This document shows positions 46,674 through 59,208 of a DNA stretch of 64,000 nt, piece by piece (within the stretch, counting starts at the first letter, position 1; each line of letters starts with the position of its first letter). The position numbers and the translations under genes were made by a program. The notes under the pieces were generated by a model. The model was given only the letters and a program-made list of their open reading frames with translations, was not told where the DNA came from and made no database searches. The stretch is taken from assembly GCA_965235115.1 (NCBI GenBank), contig OZ249440.1:33234001-33298000 (forward strand). Direction: 5' to 3'. Source of the DNA: Laetmonice hystrix (taxonomy: Eukaryota).

Positions 46674-48050
46674 CTACTGTCCAGTCTTTATAACAATCTC
46701 GTCTTCCAGATTATTATACATTGTGAAAGTCACTAAAACCGTGAAAAGCTAACCGACATGGTATATGGCGAAAAATGACAACTTTCTGTTTGGGAGAAAG
46801 CATACGAAATCATACACATGTATTATAATATGCTTTACAGGCTTATGACTGGAAAGGCATTCATGGGAAATAAACGCGCTTCGTTTTCTATCTTGATTTT
46901 ATGTGCGTAGGCTTACTCTAAATGACACTGGAAATCTAATAACATGAAATTTATCTAATAACATAAAGAAAGTTTGATTCCACACAACTCCAACACAAGG
47001 TTCTATTGTAGATATTTTTTGTACTCTTTATTTCCCTACTGTCACATCCGTGGCCGAGTCGAGCAAATGTCACCGAAACCGATTATCTCCCCCGAGGCTT
47101 TGGGGCAGAGAACTCTATCGGCCTGCCAGTGACACCTATTGACATTGTAAGCATATTAAAATTACAAACATTATTACACAAGTATACCTGTCCACAATCG
47201 TTCCAGCTGATGACAAATCCTCCCTGAGGCTTCAATTAGAGGACAGTCCAAGGTCAGTACAACCCCACTGAGCAGCGAACTGCCAATAATTTCCCTCTTG
47301 TAACATATTTGGGTCAGAAATGCCTCTTCCCTAACTGCACCCCAATTTCTGACAAGAAGCCCTTCCCCCATAGTACGGGCAAGAACCTACAACATCGAAA
47401 ACCATTAATCGTCTCACACTACGCCTACCACATCACCGACCTGCAGACCCCCAACCAGGGACACCTAAAGACCCCAGCCCCCTTTCTGGATAACACAAAT
47501 TAACGTGAATTCAATATCATTATATGAATTCCCAAAAATCTCCCCTCTTCCAGCCTCTGTGTCCAAAACTCCAATCATGCCAGATGGGTAGAGGAGAGGC
47601 GACGGGTAATGAAAGCACCACGCGTTTGACCATCTGCATTCAAGAAGAACCAATCCTGGCCCTCTCGCTTTCATACCCCTCCTTGTTATCAACCGATCTA
47701 GGTCACAACATTTGCAACTGTCCATCGTGCGGAATGAAACACAATTTCGTTGGTCGAAATTCGCCTAGACTTATCCTGTTGCATGAATGTCACACTTAAC
47801 CCCCTGAAGCATTCTGACGACCAGCATAAGGGACTCTCCTCCACTCACCGTAATAGTGCAATAAAACTGCCACAGGGTCAAAAAAACGTTAGAACAGAAT
47901 TGCCGTTTTCACAATGCATTTCCATAAGGTCCCTGTATGGATAAAAGTCTAGAAAAATCCACGTCCATATGTCAAAATTTGCATTTTCCAAAATGACCGC
48001 CAAAAAGGACTAAATTATGGTAAAATCGTATAACAGCAGATTCTGTTATA

Positions 48051-48709
48051 CAGGGTGTATCAAAAAAAGGAACCCCAACTTTAAATGGTTACTGTGGCCA
48101 AGCTACACACTCTATCTGAGAACTTGGAATCATAAAAAGTAGAGAACAAATGCTTTTTAATGATGCCTAATTCATGATTTTTATAGTTACCCATCACTGG
48201 GCACCAATGTGTTGAAATATGGGTGCATAATTGGGGGTGGCTCACTCTCCAGGTCAATGAAATCAACACTGCCTCTTTCAGAATTGATTTGGGTGTGAGT
48301 GGAACTCTCTGTGATTTCTTTCTCTGGGGTCAATTGGAAGATGAAGTGTTTGTAACTCCTCCACGCATCCTGCAAGACTTGCAAGAGAGAATTCGGCAGG
48401 AGGTTGAAGTTTTACGACAGGAGCCAAATACCGTCCGACGAGCCGTGAACGACATGCCAACTGTTTGGAGAGGGGAGGGGGTCACGTGGAGGGCATTGGA
48501 CAATGATAAATGAAATATCTTTGAAGATGTCTTGACTGGATTAAAGGAATAAAATTTCAGAGAAAAAAAAACATGAATCAGTGTTAATTTTGTCCCGCAT
48601 CAGAGTGAGCCACCCCCCAAATTTCAACACAATTAGGTTTGCTAAAAAGTGTGTAGCTTGGCCAAAGTAACCATTTAAAGTTCGGATTCCTTCTTTTTGA
48701 TACACCCTG
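48051..48709 (+). mobile_element. Tc1/mariner deletion derivative
   Basis: TA-CAGGGTGTATCAAAAA...TTTTTGATACACCCTG-TA. Internal CDFFLWGQL..EVF..PP..L.DL.ERI transposase C-terminal remnant. Confidence 0.9.
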
Positions 48710-48959
48710 TATAGTTATATGTCAGGTCTTGTTTCTAGGGTTGTATTTTGATTTATTTATTATACGTTTTTGATATGGTTTACATTACTTTCAAAATGGC
48801 CGCTAAAAAAGACGGAATTTTCAAACAGGAAGCAATTGTAAATTCATCATGATTTATGCTATCTCATGTTGTAATTTCGTTTTCAACAGCCCATCTAATT
48901 GTGTGCGGCCCGTCACAATACTAGGCCTATCCATCAAATACAATAATGCACGCGCCATT

Positions 48960-49150
48960 CTTGCACCATATGATATTGCGCCATACTTGCCTTTTACATA
49001 ATGAAAGTAAGTGCTCCAGACGTCTTGCAATGTCACACCACGGGGCCAAGAAATCCTTTGCAGCAAGGCCCCTCCGTCACGAACATAAATTTCTCGAGAA
49101 AACGGCGATCCTTTATGACACTTTGTTGTGGAACTCTGTCCCATAACCAT
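48960..49150 (-). pseudogene. DNA-transposon protein fragment (Academ-like nuclease region)
   Basis: YV.DGGALLQRI.WP.G.T...V...Y..YV..KYG motif; fragment only. Confidence 0.45.
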
Positions 49151-49404
49151 ACCTATACAGTCAGCTGCCCCCCCCCCCCCTGGGATTTCCAGTTTTTTGT
49201 GTTTTTTTTAAAAAACCAACACCCCGGGCCAGCTCGACCGGCACAATGACGCGCTATCACTTGGCAGGCCTACTGCCCCCCCCCCCCCCCCCACGCATTT
49301 GGGCCAGGCTACGGCCCTGCAAGTGCCCGTAAGGCCGCGTAAGAAATTCTAGGCTTGCGTAACCCGCGTAAGCACTCGTAAGAAAATCGGAAAGCATAAT
49401 CCAC

Positions 49405-49790
49405 TTGTATTACGGAAGCTCATTTTCTGCGACATTGTAATTTTTATGATTTAAGAGAAATTTTGTCAGACGTATTGAAGGATAACCCTAGTTTTTCAAG
49501 TCTAAATGAGAGAGAGAAGTTGATCGTACTAATGAGTAAAGACGTGGTTAAAAAGACAGCACAATATGTTCAAAATGCTTTCCTTAGAAGACGAGACGAA
49601 GAGCTATCTATAATCAATTTGTTTATAGTATTATTCCTTATGTGACCTAGAGATCAAGGAATAACTTTTTCAGTATAAAGTGACTTGTAGGCCCAAGTGG
49701 GCTGGGTGTGACTAGCACATTTTTTATCTTTGGTCATGTTGGTTATGTATTGTGCTACATGCACACATGTCACTCTAATAAAGATTATCT
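49405..49790 (+). mobile_element. 5'-truncated LINE 3' end (CR1/L2 group)
   Basis: TEAHFL.HC.FY..R...F..LN..EKL..LM ORF2 C-terminus, then a 3' UTR with AATAAA running into a microsatellite tail. Confidence 0.65.
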
Positions 49791-50960
49791 ATCTATCTCC
49801 CCATCTCCCCATCTCCCCATCTCCCCATCTATCTATCTATCTATCTATCTATCCATCCATCCATCCATCCATCCATCCATCCATCCATCCATCCATCCAT
49901 CCATCCATCCATCCATCCATCCATCCATCCATCCATCCATCCATCCATCCATCCATCCATCCATCCATCCATCCATCCATCCATCCATCCATCCATCCAT
50001 CCATCCATCCATCCATCCATCCATCCATCCATCCATCCATCCATCCATCCATCCATCCATCCATCCATCCATCCATCCATCCATCCATCCATCCATCCAT
50101 CCATCCATCCATCCATCCATCCATCCATCCATCCATCCATCCATCCATCCATCCATCCATCCATCCATCCATCCATCCATCCATCCATCCATCCATCCAT
50201 CCATCCATCCATCCATCCATCCATCCATCCATCCATCCATCCATCCATCCATCCATCCATCCATCCATCCATCCATCCATCCATCCATCCATCCATCCAT
50301 CCATCCATCCATCCATCCATCCATCCATCCATCCATCCATCCATCCATCCATCCATCCATCCATCCATCCATCCATCCATCCATCCATCCATCCATCCAT
50401 CCATCCATCCATCCATCCATCCATCCATCCATCCATCCATCCATCCATCCATCCATCCATCCATCCATCCATCCATCCATCCATCCATCCATCCATCCAT
50501 CCATCCATCCATCCATCCATCCATCCATCCATCCATCCATCCATCCATCCATCCATCCATCCATCCATCCATCCATCCATCCATCCATCCATCCATCCAT
50601 CCATCCATCCATCCATCCATCCATCCATCCATCCATCCATCCATCCATCCATCCATCCATCCATCCATCCATCCATCCATCCATCCATCCATCCATCCAT
50701 CCATCCATCCATCCATCCATCCATCCATCCATCCATCCATCCATCCATCCATCCATCCATCCATCCATCCATCCATCCATCCATCCATCCATCCATCCAT
50801 CCATCCATCCATCCATCCATCCATCCATCCATCCATCCATCCATCCATCCATCCATCCATCCATCCATCCATCCATCCATCCATCCATCCATCCATCCAT
50901 CCATCCATCCATCCATCCATCCATCCATCCATCCATCTATCCATCTCCCCATCTCCCCAT
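49786..50960. repeat. Compound microsatellite (ATCT)n/(ATCTCCCC)n with ~1.1 kb of pure (ATCC)n
   Basis: Direct reading of the sequence. Confidence 0.98.
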
Positions 50961-52616
50961 GGATGTAAGTTTGCCGAGGTGTTGTGGTCCTTTTTTGTTT
51001 TACAGTAAAAAAGTAATAAAATATATACAAGTTCTGTTATTTATTCCTTAAATATTAATATACAATAGAAATTTGTATTTGCCAGAAGAAACTTTGAGTA
51101 TCTACCTCTATTAAGAGCTAAATTGTGCAAACTACCTGCTTTAGTGGTCCTTTCGTTGACTTCTGATGTTTCTGCTTCAAATTCTTTTGTATATGTTAAA
51201 ATTTTGCACATTGTGATCTTTCCATATTCCATCAAGTGTTTTGTTGTTATTTGGTTCCATCTACCTCTTATAGACAGGCCAATTTTATGATTCTCCAAAT
51301 ATTACCCTTGATGTGTTACTCCCGACATAGGTCTTCCCTCACCGGGTGTAAAGGAAATGGTGAATTGCAATATCGGAGGAAATAAGAGAAAATGAATGCA
51401 ATTTATATGCTCTTAGAATAGTATTGTTTATCCCCCTTGAAGAAAACCTTCAATTTTTGGCTTGTTTTCTTTCAAAACCTGCAAAATGTACATTTTTGCT
51501 TGTGAAATTCCTGCTGAGCAAAGTGGTCTTTTTGTAAGATGCTATCAGACATTATAACTATTAATATTTCGATAGTGTGCAGCAATATTTATTTCTTTTT
51601 GTAAAATATGTTTAATTAGATAGTTTACCCTTAGTCAAAACAGTAAATTCGTGAATTACAACTGTTATTTTCATTTTTATTTTTACACATTTAAAAAGTC
51701 ACCGATCTACCTACATATTTGGTTCTATTACTTTTCACCAAAAGCTCTGCAAGTGATGCCCCTTGTTTGAACACGTTCTCCCATCAATAGTCAAGCTAAA
51801 ACCAGCCTGGAATAGCAGAATATATCAACTGGAAGTATTTTAAATAATGGAAAATATTATGCAAGTAGGAAACATCGTGCGTGTTAGTGGTCTTTTTGTT
51901 TGAATAATACACAGCGGACTGCTCTGACTTTTGGAAATAATTTGTTGTTTTAGTCTGATTTCTTTATTATTGGCACATGTTGACGTAATGTGACGCATCT
52001 TTCCTGTATTTCAATAAACGTTGAAAGGCTGATTGCAGAGTGAACAGCATGCCAAAATAGGCCCGTCAAGTATCTCACAGAGGGCGCTCATTTCAATTTA
52101 ATAGTTTTAAATCCTGCCAAAAGGGGCGTCGTAAAACTTTGTCGGTGACCGGCTGTAGAACGCTTCCGGGAATGCAGGGTGACAGACGGTGTTTTTAGGC
52201 CTAGGAAACAGCAAATTACAGGTAAGTCAAATAAACGTTTTTGCGATTTCCAGGTATGCCTAAATCTGTGGATTATTCATGAGGTGCTGTCTAAAAGATA
52301 ATTTGTGGAAATTTATATCAGAAAAGAGATTGTTGATTAGACCCATAACTCCTTGATTCTACGTTCGAGCATTCTATTATCGGCCATTATCATGGTCCAA
52401 GTGATAGTGGCCATCTCCACCTCATATTTTAGCCGAGGTCCTAAGGTCTGGATAATCAAGAATGCCCCAACAATGGTTCCATCTAGGTTCCAGCTACCAC
52501 TAGTTTCGGCTGCCGTGTTGGTTAGTACGGGTTCTAACACTAATTAGGCTAAACGTTTGTAATAGAGCCCAGGCCCATAGGCCAGAACAGGCCCGTGGGG
52601 GGGGGGGGGGGGAATC

Positions 52617-53052
52617 CGCTCGGAAAATGTGGACCTCCTTTTGGGATGCCCTCTGGCTACCCCCTGGGTACCAACCCGGGGGTACCAGGGAAGTACTACC
52701 GGAGTACCAGGCAGGACCAGGGGGGCATTTTGGGGGTACTCCCTCAGTACCTTCACTGTACTCATCTGGTCGGTACCCCTGAATAAAACTGGAGGGGTAT
52801 AGGGGGTACCCAGAGGGTACTCAGAGAATACCCCCAAAATACCCCCCTGGTCCTGTCCGTTACCCCATGGTACTTCCCTGGTACCCCCTAATACGCCCAA
52901 TTATCACATTCACAGTACTCAAATTGCTCCCCTGATCCTGTCCGGTATTCCGGTTGTACTTCCCTGGTACCCCCCACCCCCCGGTTGATACTCAGAAGGT
53001 ACCCAGGGGGTACCCAGAGGGTACCCCTCTAGTACTCTACTTTTTTTCGGAA
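52617..53052. repeat. GGGTACCC-rich palindromic MITE-like element
   Basis: Multiple inverted GGTACC/GGGGGTAC modules; imperfect CGGAAAA...TTTTTCGG ends. Confidence 0.5.
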
Positions 53053-53142
53053 GTATTAAAGATGGGCAATCATTTGCAACTGAGGTTGAAGAGATTTTTC
53101 AGCCTTGACTCCTTAATTTGTTAAATATTTTACCCCTATTTT

Positions 53143-53181
53143 ACTGTCTAAGGCGACTTTTTAAAAGTCGCCTTAGACAGT
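53143..53181. other. Perfect 19-bp-arm hairpin, probable element terminus
   Basis: ACTGTCTAAGGCGACTTTT-T-AAAAGTCGCCTTAGACAGT, preceded by TTTT. Confidence 0.9.
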
Positions 53182-53634
53182 GATTCACTTATTGGCGCGA
53201 CCTTAGACACTTCACATGGTGTTACTGGTGTTTAAAGGTACGTTAATGAGGAATTTTACCTGCCTCTTTAATTTCACCTTTGACCTCAGAGAGAACTGGG
53301 CCCTTCATCATAAATCGGTCGGTTAATCGGTTAACTTGCATCCAAGGATAAGCGATTTGACTTATTTTCGTTGAACCACGTGACATCAAAATTCTGAACA
53401 TTGGTTCAATTTAGATATTTATGGTTGTAACTCGTAAATTATGGTGACATATAGGTTCAGAGGTAGTATTGAACACGCATAGGAAATCGTATGCTCATTC
53501 TATTCACATCATTGATGCCAGGATGACCTATGACATCATAAGAATGTCATCGATATTTTCTCTTGGTTATAACTTGTAATTAGTTGAAGGTAGGGCCATA
53601 GTTACTATTATACACTCACAGGGAGTCATATAAT

Positions 53635-56600
53635 TATAATGGGGTTTAAGGGGGGCTGGAGACCCCCTTTTCTCTATTGCGCCAGGTTGACCTTTTAGGA
53701 TGTTATCCTGTATGTCCTCCAGGGTAGATGAGTAATGTTGGCTTGGTCCTCCAGGCCGTAGGGGTCACACAGGAGGAAATCGGGTAGAAGTAAGGAGGCT
53801 TACAGCAAGTAATTGTATATAATGCGGGTTGATGGGGGCTGGAGACCCCCTTTTCTCTATTGTGCCAGGATGGCCTTTTAGGACGTTATCCTTTATGTCC
53901 TCCAGGGTAGATGAGTAATGTTGGCTTGGTCCTCCAGGCCGTAGGGGTCACACAGGAGGAAATCGGGTAGAAGTAAGGAGGCTTACAGCAAGTAATTGTA
54001 TATAATGGGGTTTAAGGGGGGCTGGAGACCCCCTTTTCTCTATTGCGCCAGGTTGACCTTTTAGGACGTTATCCTGTATGTCCTCCAGGGTAGATGAGTA
54101 ATGTTGGCTTGGTCCTACAGGCCGTAGGGGTCACACAGGAGGAAATCGGGTAGAAGTAAGGAGGCTAATAGTATTTAATGCGGTTTGAGGGGGGCTGGAG
54201 ACCCTCTTTTCTTTATTGTGCCAGAATGACCTATTAGGACGTTATCCTTTATGTCCTCCAGGGTAGATGGGTAATGTTGGCTTGGTCCTCCAGGCCGTAG
54301 GGGTCACACAGGAGGAAATCGGGTAGAAGTAAGGAGGCTTACAGCAAGTAATTGTATATAATGCGGGTTGATGGGGGCTGGAGACCCCCTTTTCTCTATT
54401 GTGCCAGGATGGCCTTTTAGGACGTTATCCTTTATGTCCTCCAGGGTAGATGAGTAATGTTGGCTTGGTCCTCCAGGCCGTAGGGGTCACACAGGAGGAA
54501 ATCGGGTAGAAGTAAGGAGGCTTACAGCAAGTAATTGTATATAATGGGGTTTAAGGGGGGCTGGAGACCCCCTTTTCTCTATTGCGCCAGGTTGACCTTT
54601 TAGGACGTTATCCTGTATGTCCTCCAGGGTAGATGAGTAATGTTGGCTTGGTCCTACAGGCCGTAGGGGTCACACAGGAGGAAATCGGGTAGAAGTAAGG
54701 AGGCTATTAGTATGTAATGCGGTTTGAGGGGGGCTGGAGACCCCCTTTTCTTTATTGTGCCAGAATGACCTATTGGGACGTTATCCTTTATGTCCTCCAG
54801 GGTAGATGGGTAATGTTGGCTTGGTCCTCCAGGCCGTAGGGGTCACACAGGAGGAAATCGGGTAGAAGTAAGGAGGCTTACAGCAAGTAATTGTATATAA
54901 TGGGGTTTAAGGGGGGCTGGAGACCCCCTTTTCTCTATTGCGCCAGGTTGACCTTTTAGGACGTTATCCTGTATGTCCTCCAGGGTAGATGAGTAATGTT
55001 GGCTTGGTCCTACAGGCCGTAGGGGTCACACAGGAGGAAATCGGGTAGAAGTAAGGAGGCTATTAGTATGTAATGCGGTTTGAGGGGGGCTGGAGACCCC
55101 CTTTTCTTTATTGTGCCAGAATGACCTATTGGGACGTTATCCTTTATGTCCTCCAGGGTAGATGGGTAATGTTGGCTTGGTCCTCCAGGCCGTAGGGGTC
55201 ACACAGGAGGAAATCGGGTAGAAGTAAGGAGGCTTACAGCAAGTAATTGTATATAATGCGGGTTGATGGGGGCTGGAGACCCCCTTTTCTCTATTGTGCC
55301 AGGATGACCTTTTAGGACGTTATCCTTTATGTCCTCCAGGGTAGATGAGTAATGTTGGCTTGGTCCTCCAGGCCGTAGGGGTCACACAGGAGGAAATCGG
55401 GTAGAAGTAAGGAGGCTAATAGTATGTAATGCGGTTTGAGGGGGGCTGGAGACCCCCTTTTCTTTATTGTGCCAGAATGACCTATTGGGACGTTATCCTT
55501 TATGTCCTCCAGGGTAGATGGGTAATGTTGGCTTGGTCCTCCAGGCCGTAGGGGTCACACAGGAGGAAATCGGGTAGAAGTAAGGAGGCTTACAGCAAGT
55601 AATTGTATATAATGCGGGTTGATGGGGGCTGGAGACCCCCTTTTCTCTATTGTGCCAGGATGACCTTTTAGGACGTTATCCTTTATGTCCTCCAGGGTAG
55701 ATGAGTAATGTTGGCTTGGTCCTCCAGGCCGTAGGGGTCACACAGGAGGAAATCGGGTAGAAGTAAGGAGGCTTACAGCAAGTAATTGTATATAATGGGG
55801 TTTAAGGGGGGCTGGAGACCCCCTTTTCTCTATTGCGCCAGGTTGACCTTTTAGGACGTTATCCTGTATGTCCTCCAGGGTAGATGGGTAATGTTGGCTT
55901 GGTCCTCCAGGCCGTAGGGGTCACACAGGAGGAAATCGGGTAGAAGTAAGGAGGCTAATAGTATGTAATGCGGTTTGAGGGGGGCTGGAGACCCCCTTTT
56001 CTTTATTGTGCCAGAATGACCTATTAGGACGTTATCCTTTATGTCCTCCAGGGTAGATGGGTAATGTTGGCTTGGTCCTCCAGGCCGTAGGGGTCACACA
56101 GGAGGAAATCGGGTAGAAGTAAGGAGGCTTACAGCAAGTAATTGTATATAATGCGGGTTGATGGGGGCTGGAGACCCCCTTTTCTCTATTGTGCCAGGAT
56201 GACCTTTTAGGACGTTATCCTTTATGTCCTCCAGGGTAGATGAGTAATGTTGGCTTGGTCCTCCAGGCCGTAGGGGTCACACAGGAGGAAATCGGGTAGA
56301 AGTAAGGAGGCTTACAGCAAGTAATTGTATATAATGGGGTTTAAGGGGGGCTGGAGACCCCCTTTTCTCTATTGCGCCAGGTTGACCTTTTAGGACGTTA
56401 TCCTGTATGTCCTCCAGGGTAGATGAGTAATGTTGGCTTGGTCCTACAGGCCGTAGGGGTCACACAGGAGGAAATCGGGTAGAAGTAAGGAGGCTATTAG
56501 TATGTAATGCGGTTTGAGGGGGGCTGGAGACCCCCTTTTCTTTATTGTGCCAGAATGACCTATTGGGACGTTATCCTTTATGTCCTCCAGGGTAGATGGG

Positions 56601-58393
56601 TAATGTTGGCTTGGTCCTCCAGGCCGTAGGGGTCACACAGGAGGAAATCGGGTAGAAGTAAGGAGGCTTACAGCAAGTAATTGTATATAATGCGGGTTGA
56701 TGGGGGCTGGAGACCCCCTTTTCTCTATTGTGCCAGGATGACCTTTTAGGACGTTATCCTTTATGTCCTCCAGGGTAGATGAGTAATGTTGGCTTGGTCC
56801 TCCAGGCCGTAGGGGTCACACAGGAGGAAATCGGGTAGAAGTAAGGAGGCTAATAGTATGTAATGCGGTTTGAGGGGGGCTGGAGACCCCCTTTTCTTTA
56901 TTGTGCCAGAATGACCTATTGGGACGTTATCCTTTATGTCCTCCAGGGTAGATGGGTAATGTTGGCTTGGTCCTCCAGGCCGTAGGGGTCACACAGGAGG
57001 AAATCGGGTAGAAGTAAGGAGGCTTACAGCAAGTAATTGTATATAATGGGGTTTAAGGGGGGCTGGAGACCCCCTTTTCTCTATTGCGCCAGGTTGACCT
57101 TTTAGGACGTTATCCTGTATGTCCTCCAGGGTAGATGGGTAATGTTGGCTTGGTCCTCCAGGCCGTAGGGGTCACACAGGAGGAAATCGGGTAGAAGTAA
57201 GGAGGCTAATAGTATGTAATGCGGTTTGAGGGGGGCTGGAGACCCCGTTTTCTTTATTGTGCCAGAATGACCTATTAGGACGTTATCCTTTATGTCCTCC
57301 AGGGTAGATGGGTAATGTTGGCTTGGTCCTCCAGGCCGTAGGGGTCACACAGGAGGAAATCGGGTAGAAGTAAGGAGGCTTACAGCAAGTAATTGTATAT
57401 AATGCGGGTTGATGGGGGCTGGAGACCCCCTTTTCTCTATTGTGCCAGGATGACCTTTTAGGACGTTATCCTTTATGTCCTCCAGGGTAGATGAGTAATG
57501 TTGGCTTGGTCCTCCAGGCCGTAGGGGTCACACAGGAGGAAATCGGGTAGAAGTAAGGAGGCTAATAGTATGTAATGCTGTTTGAGGGGGGCTGGAGACC
57601 CCCTTTTCTTTATTGTGCCAGGATGACCTATTGGGACGTTATCCTTTATGTCCTCCAGGGTAGATGGGTAATGTTGGCTTGGTCCTCCAGGCCGTAGGGG
57701 TCACACAGGAGGAAATCGGGTAGAAGTAAGGAGGCTTACAGCAAGTAATTGTATATAATGGGGTTTAAGGGGGGCTGGAGACCCCCTTTTCTCTATTGCG
57801 CCAGGTTGACCTTTTAGGACGTTATCCTGTATGTCCTCCAGGGTAGATGGGTAATGTTGGCTTGGTCCTCCAGGCCGTAGGGGTCACACAGGAGGAAATC
57901 GGGTAGAAGTAAGGAGGCTAATAGTATGTAATGCGGTTTGAGGGGGGCTGGAGACCCCCTTTTCTCTATTGTGCCAGGATGACCTTTATGGACGTTATCC
58001 TTTATGTCCTCCAGGGTAGATGAGTAATGTTGGCTTGGTCCTCCAGGCCGTAGGGGTCACACAGGAGGAAATCGGGTAGAAGTAAGGAGGCTTACAGCAA
58101 GTAATTGTATATAATGGGGTTTAAGGGGGGCTGGAGACCCCCTTTTCTCTATTGCGCCAGGTTGACCTTTTAGGACGTTATCCTGTATGTCCTCCAGGGT
58201 AGATGAGTAATGTTGGCTTGGTCCTCCAGGCCGTAGGGGTCACACAGGAGGAAATCGGGTAGAAGTAAGGAGGCTAATAGTATGTAATGCGGTTTGAGGG
58301 GGGCTGGAGACCCCCTTTTCTTTATTGTGCCAGAATGACCTATTAGGACGTTATCCTTTATGTCCTCCAGGGTAGATGGGTAATGTTGGCTTG
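53635..58393. repeat. Satellite array of ~26 units of ~177-184 bp in three variant classes
   Basis: Constant GGGGCTGGAGACCCCC...CCAGGGTAGATG.GTAATGTTGGCTTGGTCC...AGAAGTAAGGAGGCT. Variant heads GGGGTTTAAG, GCGGGTTGATG and GCGGTTTGAGG. Confidence 0.98.
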
Positions 58394-59208
58394 TTGTTGC
58401 CTTGACATTTTATATAGACATAGCCTATATAAAACACAATGTTTGTTACAGGATTTGAAGGAGGAGAAGACAGAGATCCTCATATTGATAATATGCACTC
58501 TAAATTTTGCGTTCCCCGTTTGTTACGAATATATGTGTGTCCTCTCTTTTCCCGTTTGTTATGAAGATGAGTGTACACGTCCTCTATTTGTATCAGTCAT
58601 TGATATGGTTTACACACGTGGTCGCCACTTAGATAGATTTGGTGCACACAACAAATTTCGTCAAAAGTCGATGCCATTAATTTTTTAGATTGGAAAACGT
58701 AACATCTTAATCATATTAAAATTGTGGTGATGTACTCTCAAAAACAAAGAAGTCCTCGTTTTGTAGGTTCAGGGAACATGTCCTCACTGTACACCATCCA
58801 CACGTGTGTGTGTGGGGGGGGGTGACGCATACCCCTTGTCCCCCCCCCCCCCCCGCTACGGGCCTGTGAGCCTACAACTAACAAAGCGGAACACCACCAC
58901 TTGGCTACGGGCCTGAAAGACTGCAGTTAGCTCGTGTCTAACCCAACGGTAAGGGCTGTGCGGCCTGCCGTAAGTTAGACCAAATTGAAATACTATCCAC
59001 AGGGAAAGAGCACTAACAAGTTGTCACTCCTTGATTTGACACTGCTTGTTTTGACTTCTCATTAAATTTATCCCTTTTCACCCACCAACCTGCCGAGCTA
59101 ACAAATTTACCCACCAGATCACACACACTCATTGATATTTGGGTAGAACCAACCATGTATGGGGCAAGTATATGAGAGTCATATAGCAACTTTCTTTTCT
59201 TTAGACAG

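Noticed and set aside
49708..51051. Long ORFs of 360-450 aa in five frames
   Set aside because: Translations of the stop-free (ATCC)n microsatellite.
51041..51298. 85-aa ORF with faint resemblance to an RT C-terminal region
   Set aside because: Too little motif support to call.
53635..58393. CRISPR-like or RNA-gene (5S, tRNA, snRNA) array
   Set aside because: Units are near-identical along their whole length with no unique spacers, and no recognisable 5S, tRNA or snRNA sequence.
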